A DNA stretch of 64,000 bases from Massalongia carnosa (Eukaryota). The DNA lies in contig OZ287083.1 of assembly GCA_965645245.1 (NCBI GenBank), forward strand, positions 310,001-374,000. Direction: 5' to 3'. Positions within the stretch are counted from its first letter, which is position 1, and each line of letters begins with the position of its first letter. The notes below the pieces were generated by a model. It was not told the origin of the DNA. It made no database searches and saw only the letters and a list, made by a program, of their open reading frames with translations. Below are positions 34,220-47,300 of this stretch, piece after piece. Made by a program: the position numbers and the translations under genes.

Positions 34220-35995
34220 ATGGTTGACTGCCCCATCTGCGGTAAACCTGTCAACGAAGCCAAGATCAACCTGCATATTGACTCCGGTTGCGATGATTTC
34301 GTCGAGACCTCAACGCCTCCAGTCCAGAGCAATGAAAAACTTCCACAAGTCGCTAGCTTTTTCCGGACGCCCTTGAGCAAAAAACCAACCAATCCCGCCA
34401 CGTCCAAGTCAGCGAAGCAAGATTCCGACGTGAAACACACCATTTCTAGCAGCGGCTCTGACCCTACCTTTACAACTCCACTGAGCATCAAACGTACGGC
34501 GCCTGAGCAACTCGTTCGCGATGATGTACCACCATCTCCAATTGATTTGCCTTCTCGCCATGAGGGAGAGCCGGCTACGAAACGCCTCAAGCCATCCACA
34601 GCTCTGCAGCGAGCTGCCCCCCTAGCAGAACGAATGCGCCCGCGAACCCTCGACGGTGTCTATGGACAAGAACTCGTGGGGCCCGATGGAGTGCTCCGCG
34701 GGCTCATCGAGGCCGACCGCGTCCCATCCATGATCCTTTGGGGAGGACCTGGCACAGGGAAAACAACTATCGCAAGGGTAATCGCCCACATGGCTGGCAG
34801 CCGCTTTGTGGAAATCAACAGCACCAGCTCCGGCGTGGCAGACTGTAAAAAGATTTTCGCCGAGGCGCGCGGGGAACTGGGGCTCACGGGACGGAAAACC
34901 ATCATCTTCTGCGATGAGATCCATCGATTCTCCAAGAGCCAGCAGGATGTCTTCCTGGGTCCCGTGGAGAGCGGCCAGATCACCCTGATCGGCGCAACGA
35001 CGGAAAACCCTTCGTTCAAGGTGCAAAACGCGCTGTTATCCCGCTGTCGGACATTCACCTTGAAACCCCTCACTAATGAAGATATTATTATCATCCTTCA
35101 GCGCGCCTTGGAAACCGAAGGTCGCAATTATTCCTCAACGTCCCTTGTAAATGACGACCTCCTTAAATATCTCGCAGCGTTCTCGGAAGGCGACGCCCGC
35201 ACCGCGCTCAATCTCCTCGAACTGGCTATGAATCTCTCCACCCGCGCCTCCGCCACCCAAGCATCGATCAAATCCGCCCTTACCAAAACTCTAGTCTACG
35301 ACCGTGCCGGTGATCAACACTGTAAACCTCCCATCCCTCCCCCACTCCACCTCCGCCCCTTCCCCAAACCCTCCCGAACCTAACGCTCACCCACACCCAC
35401 AGACGACACGATTTCCGCCCTCCACAAATCAATTCGCGGCTCCCACCCCTCCGCCTCCCTCTACTACCTCGCCCGCATGCTCGCCTCGGGCGAATCCCCT
35501 CTCTACATCGCGCGCCGGCTCATCGTCATCGCCTCCGAAGACGTCGGCCTGGCCGACAACACCCTGCTCCCGCTCTGCACCGCCACCTACAGCGCGTGCG
35601 AAACGATTGGCATGCCCGAAGCGCGCATCAACCTCGCGCACGCCGTCGTCGCGCTGACGCTCGCCCCCAAGAGCACGCGCGTCTACCGCGCCCTCAGCCG
35701 TGTGGACGCCACTCTCCGCGAGCCCGGCATGGCCGGCCTGCCCGTGCCGATGCATTTGCGGAACGCCCCCACGAGGCTCTTGCGCGAGATAGGCGCAGGG
35801 AGGGAGTACAAGTATCCGCCCCGGTACCGCGAGGGGAGGTGCGCGCAGGAGTATTTGCCCGAGGAGCTGCGCGGGCTGGAGTTCTTGGAAGAGGAGGATT
35901 TGGGGGTGGAGGTCGATCCGGACTTGGAGGACCATGGGGGGTTGGTGGAGGGGCAAGAGGCGTGGAGGGGTTTGGAGGGTCTGGAGGAAGGGTGA
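34220..35995 (+). CDS. MGS1: Mgs1/WRNIP1 AAA+ ATPase with N-terminal UBZ4 zinc finger, 564 aa
   Basis: Exons 34220-35321 and 35403-35995. CPICGKPV...INLHIDSGC (UBZ), [71 protein letters not shown]. Confidence 0.93.
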
Positions 35996-36390
35996 ATGGC
36001 TGGGTTGAATACCCAACGCTTCCCCCCTGAGCATGGAGCCCCTCTCATCAATCTGGGCTACCAAACTGAATATAGTTTCAGCGCCACTCCTAAGTAAAAA
36101 CCCTTGCCTATTATAAATTGAATGCGTTCTTGGCTCCCTTAGAGAGGGTGTTCTCTTAGGAACCGATGGGTAGGTAGGCGCCTTCGCTTGTTGCAAGGTG
36201 TGCTTTGAATAAAGGATGAATTATTGCGGGGAATATCTGCTACCTCCGTCGGGATGTCCAAGAAGGTCATCTGCGAGAAAGTCGGAAACTCCCTTGGCTA
36301 GAATACATCCTTCGCTCGTCCAATATGCCTTTTACCTCTCCCAATTCCTTCCCTTTCCCCTCGCTCCAGCGTACCTGTCCCTATTTCCTC

Positions 36391-37927
36391 CTAAACCCCT
36401 ACCACGCCCCCAAACACTCCCCCAACCTTCTTCCCCAGCCACTCCCCCGGTACACCCACGCGACACCCCCCCCGATCGCTCACCCAGCGCACAAACACCG
36501 GATTTGCGGGCGTGTCGTTCTCCGGTGCTGCGTCATCGCCGGTGCCGGTGCCAATACCGGTGGCAGCAGCGGAGAGCTCGGCTGCGGAGATTTTGCCACG
36601 GCGTTTTGGGGCTTGTTTTTTGAGAAGGCGATTGATCGTGTCCATCTGTCATTTGGGAGGATGGGAAATGTTGGTTAGTTTTTTTGGTGGTAGTAGGAGG
36701 TGGAGGAGGGAGGGGTAGGGATTATTAGGATAGAAAGAGGCGAGGGGGAAAGAAGAGACGAGGGTAGTAGAAAAGCAGCAGCAAGGCAAGGGGGTATACA
36801 AATGGGAAGAAAGACGAAAGCGCGAGAAGGGCCCGATACGGATTTGAATATTGTACGAAATGTAGAGGGCATTCGTACCTTTTCTTCCTCGTTGCGCTTT
36901 TCGCTTAGGTTCTTCCGCCGCCGCGCCATTTCCGCTCGACGCATAGCATGTTCTTCCGCGGTAAGGTGTTTCTTGATCTGTGGTTCTGTAGACCAAGATT
37001 AATTGACCTATCCAGAAGACTAGAGTGCGACTGCTGCTATCATGAATAAGGGATGCAGGACAGCTCACCCATGGGCAGCTGCAGAAAACCTTCACCCATT
37101 ACCTGGTCCAGCCTACTCCGCTGCCTTTTTGTCATCTTGCTTACATCCGGAGTGCTGGCCCGGCTCCCAGTCCCCAAGCTCCGATTCTCGTCATCTTGCT
37201 CCATCTCGTCCAGTTCTGCATCTACAGCTTCTTCGCCTTCCGCGTCTTCCACTTCCTCTTCCTCCCCATCCGAATCCAATTCCGAGAGCTCCTCGTCGTC
37301 ATCGTCCGGCAGCTCCATTTCCTTTGCTTCCACACTTTTCACCTTGCCTTCTTGGGCTGGAGTGATGGTAAGGCTTGGTTTCGCAGCGGGCCCTGTCATT
37401 TTTACTACTGGCGGTGGTGGTAGCGGCGCTTCATCATCCATTACTATATCACCGTCGGCATCTGCTTCGGCGTCGGCACTATCACCTTCGCTATCTTCAT
37501 CCTCATCGTCGCCCTCCTCTTCTTGTTCCTCATCGTCTTCCTCTTGTGGCTCGTCCTCGCTCGGCGGCCCATCTTCCTCGTCGTCTTCCTCACTTTCGCT
37601 TTCAACCACAATCGCTCGTTTGGCTCTGCTCCCTCTAGGCCCACTCGGAATTTCTACGCCCTCGAAGGTATCTCGGGAGTTTACTGCCACGTTCTTACGC
37701 GAGCCCGAGGTGGCTTCGCGCAGCTTACTCGAGGGCATCTTTACCGTAAGTCGAATGGATTTTTTGGAATCGTCGGGAGATCGAGATGTGGCACATGCAA
37801 CTGTAATAGACTGATTTGCAGAACCGGATGCACCTCGACGGGGACGTGACATGAATGCTACAGGTTTTGCCGTTTTCATCTGGGAAGTCAGAGATGCACG
37901 TGAGCGAAGGGTTCGCCGTTCTGGCAT
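36391..37927 (-). CDS. IES2: INO80 complex subunit Ies2 / INO80B (PAPA-1 domain), 406 aa
   Basis: Exons 37927-37069, 36985-36879, 36645-36391. Acidic tracts, then TPDVSKMTKRQR, KKHLTAEEHAMRRAEMARRRKNLSEKRNEEEKMDTINRLLKKQ, FVRWVS...VGVPGEW. Start could alternatively be at 37852. Confidence 0.88.
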
Positions 37928-39043
37928 GATGAATGGGTCAGGCAAATGGTGCACTGGTGAAAGGAATAAATGATGGACGTTTGGACGTGCTGGGGAATTG
38001 AGATCCCGTGTTACATCACACCACTTGCGGTGATTCGCAAATGCCAGAACGATCTTGCGTACAGAGTAGAGGCTGAGAAGAAAAAAAAGGCGAACGTGCG
38101 GGCTGCCGAAGGGAGCTGACAGATTCGACACATGAATAGATAAACGAGATCGCACCTAGGCGCGTGAAACGCATGTAGGCTGAGGGAACGTTGGGAGATG
38201 GAAGGAGTGATGCATTAGCCATGGGGGGCATTGCGGTGAAGTGCATGATTTGAATTACATTGGGGAACGGGGGATGTGGGAATAGAGATTTTGAAGGTGG
38301 TGAATGCTAGGATGAGTGTGATGGTAACGTACATCTTGTGCTGCTGATCCGCGCCTTCAATCGGGAACCGATGGAGTACTCTGTCGAGAGGAGTGGCTCA
38401 TCTGGAATCTAATCTATCCAATGGGCGAGGTCGATGAGGCCAGTCGGTGGCTTCTGCTCGCTTACTCCACGCCCTCTTCACTTGCGGTTATCCCTACCAG
38501 GCGTTTCTTGCTTCATCAGACTTTGAGGTTGACTCATCTCATATCTCATATGGTTGAATTCGAATCAACCAGCTCGTTTAATGGGGAAATGGATCAAGCA
38601 TGAAGTCCTGATGAGTGAGGATAACAACGAGAAAGTACTAAATTAAGAAGCGAAGACGTTTCCGGAAACATCCAATCAAGCCTTCTGCGATTCAGACACT
38701 TCCGACACTCTCAAATATGAAGCTCACGTTCTATTCCATACACGTTGATTTGACGTTGTGGATTCTTATTTATGTCGTTATGTCACGTGCAAAGATTCAC
38801 CTACTTGGGTAATCTAATCTTATCTCGCATTCCTCTACCGCTGACTAACCAGCAGCCAGTTAATCTAGGCACTAGTATGAGTACTTGTCTCATCTTGCCA
38901 GCCGGTGAACCACTATGCAATCCCCCACCCGTTGCGTCTACCCCTAAAGTAAACCACTTAGTGCGCTATACAGACTACAAAACACCAAGACACATGAGCT
39001 CTTGTAATCTTTAGCTCGCCCTCTTCAGCTCCTGCGAGCAGAG

Positions 39044-40231
39044 ATGAGCGGCCCTCGAGATTCTAAGGGAAGCTCGATACCCTCATGGCAACGAGAGAAG
39101 GTTTCCCCAAATGGTCTCACAGAAGATGGTTCAGACACCATCAATCCGCTCCAAAAAGAAAGCCCTGCATCATGTCGTACCTCGTTAATGGAGCATGCCT
39201 CGAAATTCTTGCAGGACGATGACGTAAAGGACGCCCCAACTGAACGCAAGAGAGCATTCCTAGCGTCCAAAGGGTTGACTAGCCAAGAGATTGACCGCCT
39301 ACTAGGAGTCTCTCAAAACAAAGATGAATCCAGCGATGTTAGAGCGGAGCCCCAAAGCAAAGATCCACAGGTTAGCAAGAAGATATGTGTGAGAAAATAG
39401 TGTAGCGTTGCTGATATGGGTCCGTAGCCCACCGCCGGGAAACCACCGATAATGAAGGATATGAAGAAACCTAAGGATCAGGCTTCAGAACTACCATCAT
39501 TAGATTCGCATGAAATGCCTCCAATAATCACATATCCTGAATTTCTGCTTCATACCCGGAGACCACCGCCGCTTATCACAATCAATGGACTCCTCACAAG
39601 CCTTTACGCTGTGACTGGAGCAGCCGCAACGGTGTATGGGACAAATAAATACATCGTCGATCCGATGGTCAATTCTCTAACCTCAGCACGTCATTCATTT
39701 TTTGAAACTGCCCAGTCTAATCTTGCAATGCTAAGTGAGAAGTTGGAGAGAGCCGTGTCAATCATTCCGAGTATAACAGACTCCGCCCTACAACAAAAGG
39801 ATGAACTGTCCACCACTTCCGATGCGGCCGACTTGTTCCTGATGAGTGCTGCGACCCAAACAACACCTGGGCTCTCTCGCTCAGCATCCTCTGTCTCATT
39901 TGAAGCTTCTGGTCCTTCGTCTACTCTAGCGGACCAACATCTACGATTACAGACGCTTCATTCTCATCTTATAGAGTTCGTTAACTCCAGCAAGTCACAG
40001 ATGGATTCTGTGCAACAAGTCAACAGTCATGTGAAAGACCTTCAAAACTATCTTGATAGCCTGGCGTATGGCAATATCATAATACCTACCGGTGTACACG
40101 GAGAAGTATCAAAAGATGAGATCTCGAAGGTGAAGGCTGAGATACGGAGTGTCAAAGGGGCGCTTTTAAGTGCTAAGAACTTCCCTAGTGGCGTTGGCCC
40201 AGAGGCAAGGGCTAAAGGGCTTATTCGGTAG
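39044..40231 (+). CDS. PEX33: Pex14/17 (Pex33) filamentous-fungal peroxin with Pex14 N-terminal domain, 376 aa
   Basis: Exons 39044-39370 and 39428-40231. Pex14_N-like ASKFLQDDDVKDAPTERKRAFLASKGLTSQEI, then PPIITYPEFL, a hydrophobic segment, and C-terminal KAEIRSVKGALLSAKNFP. Confidence 0.8.
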
Positions 40232-42643
40232 CGTCCTCAAGTTTGAGCACCTAGACAACGGTCATCCCCCAAAATAAAGAGAAATAATCCGGATGGAATA
40301 AAGAGACAACACTTGCATTATGTACCGCAAATGCCTTTATGTTATTATTCATATAACACTCACCAATTCGACGGCTATTTCAGACTTCAACATCAATCTG
40401 TTATTTATACTAATATAGTAACCATAGATCTATTTACCTACGAGAACGATTAACGCTAGGTTACAGCAATGTGCGTCTGGGTCTTGCATGTTTATGCCTG
40501 CCGCAAGCATTACGCCAGCGAATCGTCGTTCGAACCTTGTCCGTTTTATTTCTTACGAAATCGCTCATGGTGCGACCATAAAGATTGTCCTGAATTTGAA
40601 ACCACGACTCAGATGCACTATTCTTCATGCGCAAGCTGTAGGCAAGCTGAGGGACAGGCGGACCAGAAATTATCCTCGGCTGATGAAAATACGCCGTCCC
40701 GGGCTCAAGGGATGGGAGGGGTACAGGAAACGAAGAGACGCAGGGGCTAGCGGAGGTAGGTAGATGTTTTCCCTTTACGTTGTTTATAGTATATCATTCC
40801 AAACTATACTCTATGAACATGTTATTCAAGTCGCTCATACCGCTGCTCATTCTTCACTTGCTAGTTTGAAACAGCAGTCAACACAGAATCTACCTTAGAC
40901 AGCAAGATCTGGAGTGGTTTCCGTTTTGACAAGATGATGAGTCAACTAGACGACGAAATGAGGAAATGAACCGGATCTACCTATCTAACCGAAAAGACGA
41001 TCCGAACTCTTTTGGAGAATAGCAATTCCTATCGTATCTAGACCGTCCCAGGTCTATCAACTTGATCATTCAGCCGACCTCACAGTAGAATGCGGCACGA
41101 AGCTTGGAGCTAGTTTAACGTTGGAGACGAAGCGGCATTTCGCTTCATTAATGAGAATCGAAGCAATCGAGAAAGAATAAACAACATCTTTCCCTGTGGG
41201 CAGAGAATAAGATTACTAGCTAACACAGAAAAAAGAGAGGTACTTGCTTTTTGGTCTTTACCGCTGGAGTACACAGCGTTTCTTTCTACGACGATCGACC
41301 ATTATATAAATCCCAACCATGTCTCCTTCTTGTTCTACGTCCATATTTCCGTATTTTCATAAGCGGTCATTCCCTCGGTCAGTGCAACAGCCTCAACTTC
41401 CTCCATCCCATCAGCCTGCAGCAATCAAGCACAGCAGTCGATTACCGCCATGTGTATTCAAACCATTGGAATCTGCGAGCTTTCCCACACCGAGCACCTT
41501 GGCTTTCACTTCTGCTCCCTCCTCATCTCTCGTGGACTGTGGAATCCTTTCAAGTGCTCCGCGTTCGAAGCCTTTGAGATTGAAAGCTTTCGCTGGACCT
41601 GTCAAAGTTGCCTCGAACAATCCGTAGGCTGGAAAATCTACCCCGAGCGATTCGTCCTTATCAAACTTTGGCGGGCCGTCTCCCGTGGAACGCATCGGCA
41701 TCGGAAGTGTCGGTCAAAGAGGCGCGCTGATGTGGAAATGCAGAATATCTGTGCCGTTGATACGCCAAGTGGCTTACCCAGCATCCGTAGGCATGAAGAT
41801 ATAGAAACTGGACGATAAAGGAAAGAAGGACGGCAAGCGGGCAAGCCACAGCGTACCGGAATCTTTGCAAGACACTTGAAAATGGGCTTAGCACGCGCTT
41901 GGACGCCGTTTGGGGCAACTCGATAGGACCACTCAATGGTCGACACACACGAGCCGTTTCCTCTTCCATTCTGTCTTTGATGAACCGGTTTTTGCAACGA
42001 ATCTTCAGCGGAACAACTATTATGACAAAGACATGCGCCCTTTTCCGATGGGTGCCGGACAGTGGGTGCTTACAATGGGAGCCTTAAAGGAATTTGAAAC
42101 GATAAGGGGTTCTGGCAGGTTGCTTCTGTCGGGAATCAGGCCTATGAATCGGTCCAACACCATGCAAGGCAGACGGCCTGAGGTCTAGTTTTCCGGCTGG
42201 CAAGACTGGGACGATCGATCGTATTTAATTATCATGACGGCCGGAGAAACAAAATAAATTTTTTTGGGGGAAATAGTTATAACTGTAGGTAGATAACTGA
42301 AGGACGAGGTAGATTGTACAAACTCAAATTTAGTCTTCATCGCACCAAAAGAACCGCAAAGAAGAAATAAAACTCTGAAGCATCGAGATCTAGGGCGGAC
42401 GCGTCCAAGGGCCATAGAACGAGAGGTTCGACACGCGCACGTGCTGGCAGCTCAATTAGGGAAAACGCAGCGGGATGCGGACAAACCAATATCCGGAAAG
42501 CCATGAGACACGCTAGTATTCATTGGGATTTTCTCATCCTGCAACCACCAGCGAACCAACTTGGTTTTCTTTTCTCCCATCAGCAGAAAATTCTCCGAAG
42601 ACCCTGCAATGAGTCTTCGACCTTGAACACCCCCACGCCAGTC

Positions 42644-43919
42644 ATGGCGACCAATTCAATTAAGTTGCTCACGGGCAACAGCCACCCTGAACTGGCAAAA
42701 CTGGTTGCTGATCGGTCCGTAACTTTCAAGTCTCCCAATAATCCCTCAAGTATATTCCAATGCTCATCGACTTCCACGGGACATAGACTCGGTATCGAGT
42801 TGACGAAGATCATGGTCCTGCAATACTCCAATCAAGAGACCTCCGTCACCATCGGTGAATCTGTCCGAGACGAAGATGGTACATTTGCCCCTCCCGATTC
42901 ACCCCCCTTCCCCTCCACACCTTCAAATCCTACTTCCCTTTCCCCGCAAACTGACGCCACCCCGTTTCTTCTAGTCTTTGTTCTCCAATCCACAGCTCCT
43001 GGCGACATCAACGATGGCCTCATGGAACTCCTTATCATCATCAACGCATGCAAAACTGCCTCGGCGCGGCGCATCACGGCCGTCATACCCAACTTCCCCT
43101 ACGCCCGCCAGGACAAAAAGGACAAGTCACGGGCCCCCATCACGGCGAAATTGATGGCCAACATGCTGCAGACTGCGGGGTGTAATCATGTCATCACGAT
43201 GGATTTACACGCGAGTCAGATCCAGGGTTTCTTTAACGTTCCCGTGGACAATTTGTACGCCGAGCCGAGTACGTTAAGGTGGATGCGGGAGAACTTGGAT
43301 GTGAGCCAAGCGGTGATAGTTAGTCCGGATGCCGGGGGCGCAAAGAGGTATGAGACGAGAGCTCCGGTATATATCTTTCTATCAGAAATCACCAAAGGCT
43401 ACCACCATCCCTTTAACCTCCACTCTCCACCCCCTTCCCTGTCCCTAAAAACTCGTCTAATCTCCATACCCTCTCAACAAAAAAAACAGAGCAACCTCAA
43501 TCGCCGACCGCCTCGACCTCGGCTTCGCCCTAATACACAAAGAGCGCCCACGACCTAACGAGGTCGCGCGTATGGTCCTGGTCGGCGATGTGCAAGACCG
43601 CATCGCCATCTTGGTCGACGACATGGCTGACACGTGCGGCACGCTGGTCAAAGCCGCCGACACGGTGATGGCGCACGGGGCGCGCGAGGTCGTCGCCATC
43701 GTCACGCACGGAATCCTCAGCGGCAACGCCATCGAGACCCTGAACGGCAGCCGGCTGAGTCGGGTCGTCGTGACAAATACAGTCCCGTTGGGGGAGAAGC
43801 GCGGGCGCTGCGAGAAGTTGGAGACGATTGATATTAGTCCTACGCTTGCGGAGGCGTGTCGGCGGACGCATAACGGGGAGAGCGTATCGTTTTTATTTAG
43901 TCATGCACCTGTGGTCTGA
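42644..43919 (+). CDS. PRS3: Ribose-phosphate pyrophosphokinase (PRPP synthetase, Prs3-like), 321 aa
   Basis: Exons 42644-42714, 42787-42878, 42975-43347, 43490-43919. [73 protein letters not shown]. Assignment to the Prs3 paralog is tentative. Confidence 0.93.
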
Positions 43920-44304
43920 ATATTTGTAGAGTATTGGGCGCCCAAGGGGAAAAAGGGGGTAGGGGGTGGACACATTGGATTTTTAGGAATGGGACGGCGT
44001 TTATGGAGATGTGGAGGGGGCATTCGCAGCGGATGTACTATAGACAAGCTTATTGGATGCTTCCCACATACCCAGGATTGGGAGAAAGAGAAGGGAGATG
44101 GATGGTTTGGAAAGGGTTTTGTACGTGGGATTTTGCAGACGAAGGGAAGGGTTTTCTTTCGTACGCTGGAGGCTCCAAGAGATACCTAGAACTAGCCGCT
44201 CGTCATTGAAGAATGTGTTCCTCATGCTCCTCCTCGTTTTCGAGAACTCCGGTCATCGCTGCATTAACATCCACAGCCAGCAACGCCACAATTCCAAGGG
44301 AAAA

Positions 44305-47300
44305 TTACCGCCGTCTCCGCTTGCCCCCACCCCCATCCTCGTCATCCCTTACAACGGTCACCCCCCCCGCACCCCCCTCTTCCACCGCCAACTCGTCCTC
44401 GCCATCCTCGTCTTTATCCCCGCCTCTAAGCCTCGCGACCGAACCCTTCTGAAACCCGCCTGTCCCACCACCACTAACACCACCGACCGGGCCCCCAATC
44501 ACCATGGCGAAATCTTCTACTGCGCGCTCCGCCGCGCGCCAGTGAGACACGCTACGCTCCACCGCCTCGTACATCTCGCGCGTATCCTTTACCACACCGC
44601 CTTCCTCCTCCTCATCCTCCTCTTCCTCCATCTCGGCCTCCTCTTTGTCACCAGCTCCATCGCCATCATGTTCTCCGTCTCCACCACTTGCGATGCCTCC
44701 GCAACGACCACTGCGATCGCGAAATGAAGGCCCAACACCGCGGTTTGGATCGGGGTTGAACATGACCGCGTTAGCGAACATGCGCATGAGCTCCTTCTCC
44801 AACTGCGCCGAATTAACAATACCCTTGGGTGGCACCACGTCCGCCGAGGCGGGGATCCACACGCTGGCGCTTTTTGCGGTCGGCGTCCCACTCCCGGCTG
44901 GACTACCTGCATCCCCAAAAGACGATGGAGCATGGTTGTCCGCGGCAGAGACGAGGGCTTTGCTACCGGCGAGGATAGCAGATCTGATGGATTTAAGGTC
45001 TTGGGGCCGGTAGATGAGGTCCTTGTAGCCGGGCGCTTCGCGGTCGGTAAGGGGCTTGGCAAACATGGAGGCGAGCTTGTGGGCGCTGATATCGTTCATA
45101 ATCGTTGCGCTAGTGCGTGGAAAATTGCGACTCCCAAGGACATGATTTGGGCGGGGGTTGGGAAGAGCAAACGAAGTAGGAGAAGCCGAGCGAATTGGGG
45201 TCTCCAGGAGGGTATGTTTGCGCTTCATGCCCGTCCGGCTGACCTCGGTCAGTTCAAGGCCCCGAAGAGTTCCTCGACGGCGGCGGGTTGATTTACGGGA
45301 TCCTTCATCAGCTGTAGTTTCTGTGATTGAAGTGTCTTCATCACCAGCGGGAGTCGCAGACGGTTCCGGTTTGATAGCATGGGTTTGGGAGACGTTTTTA
45401 TCCATTGACAGCTCGTCGGCGTGAGAGATGAGGGACTGGCTTCTCGTGCGGGCTTGTGCGGAGCCCGCTGCGGTGGAGGACGCCGCGCTGGCTGCTCGGG
45501 CGCCACGGCCTCTAAGGTTTCCCCCACGTGCTGAACCACCCCTCTTTCTTCTACCTCTGTGGTTATTTAGCTCTTTGCTCCGGTCCTGCAGGCTTTCTGG
45601 AAATGGAGATAGCGCCTTATCACTGAGAGGGCTGATCTCTTCGGGGCGTGGCCGAATCGGCGACCTAGGTGATCTTACTGAGCCAGGAGCATCAACATTC
45701 TTCCATTTCGTTGAGGAGACAGTCGTGTTGATTGGGGATGGCCGTGGTGGTCGATTTCTATCTGAAATCCCGGACACCGGGGTACGCTGCTCCGAAAATC
45801 GAGGTGCTTGAGTCCGGCTATGCTGGGTTTGGACAGGTGTCTGGTAATAGGAAGGGCCCTGCGAATATCCTGGATACTGAGAATATGAAGGGGAAGGGGA
45901 TTGATAGAGCGGGACGTTGCCGTATATTGGTACCCGGCCAGGGCTAGTCGCCGGTCCCGGGTAAATTGGCATAGTTGCTTGATTGCTGTGATGATATTGA
46001 GTCACGTGGCCTTGAGGATAGGGATAAGGAACGCCATATGGTTGCTGGCTGTCGTAATATGGGTAGACTGGCAAGGGATAATTCCGTGGCTGGGGAAGCT
46101 GAATAGGATGAGTCTGGGCTCCAGGAAGTTGAACAGGCCGAGGAGACGGTAGCGCAGAGTTTGATCTAAATTGTTGTTGGCCGGCCATGTCGGCAAGAGT
46201 ATCTAGCGATCCCAATGAAGAACCAGAGGAGCGAATCATACCAGCTGGAGGTGGCAAAATAATTGGCGGTTGTGAAGACCTCTCCTGAGTCGCTAGAGGT
46301 GTGTGTTGGAGACGCGGGCTTTGGGAGTGTGCACCGCTAGTTTGCGGCTGGGTTGGAGGATATGGTGGTATTCGCCGAGCAATATCCGGTGACGCCAAAG
46401 GATGCCCAGAGTTTGGTGCATGGGGAGGTGGTAAGAATGGTTTACTCTTGTCGGACAGAAGGGGCTGGGGGCGTGCTTTGGAGTCTTGCACACCAGGCAG
46501 CTGCTGAGACTCTATGGGTGGTGATATCCGCGGATGTGTCAAGAGCTCTGCAGTCCAGTGGTCTCCTGGCGGAGAATGTGCTTGTATTTGCTGAGAAATC
46601 GGCTCCGAAGCTGCAGGCTTGGCTTCTTCCAGAGCACCATTTTTGCTTTCCGCCAAAACTCCAGATGACCCTAGCGAAGGGTTTGCAAATATTCCAACTG
46701 GTTGACTCGATTGAAGAGCAATGGAATTATGCTGCCGCTGTGGGCTTTTGGGCTGAACGTCCTCTATACTTGACCTCTCAGTCGGAGGACCAGGAGATAG
46801 GGTTATTGTGTTATCTTGTTTTTGCGGGCTCTTTGCAGGATGCTGGGAATCCTTCGTACGTGGCTTCGTCACATCTAATTCATGGTGGAGAAGTGTCTGT
46901 ATTGATGTAACTCCCCCCTTCGTGTCTCTCTTAGATGCTATCTCTTGATGCTGCTGTAGCCGTGCGTCCCATTCCCCTCGATTTATCTCTTGTATATCCT
47001 TTTGTAACAGTCTATATTTGTGCTCGTCGGCTTCGATGGCCTTAATAGCATGATTTCGATACCGAAAATATAGCCGGTTCAAAAGGGAAGGGAGCAAATG
47101 AATTCGTCGAGAAGCTTCATTCACAGTATCCAACAAAGGGCTAGATGGGCTCTTTTGAGGTTGATTGGATTGTGCATTTTCTCCCTCCTTGAAGTTTCCG
47201 CTCTCGAGTACTTCGGCTTTAGCTTCATCCTTCATTAGCTTTAGATATAACTGTGTAAGGGAATTCGGATCAAGACGGGCTGGGTCGTAGGATTCGCTCT

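Noticed and set aside
35429..37814. Long antisense or alternative-frame ORFs (35429-36196 -, 37053-37814 +; likewise 44053-44727 + and 21366-21902 -)
   Set aside because: Shadows of GC-rich or low-complexity real genes on the opposite strand, with no independent motifs.
38609..38640. CTGATGA...GAAA hammerhead-like core
   Set aside because: Stem II does not pair and the spacing to GAAA is wrong; no stems I or III.
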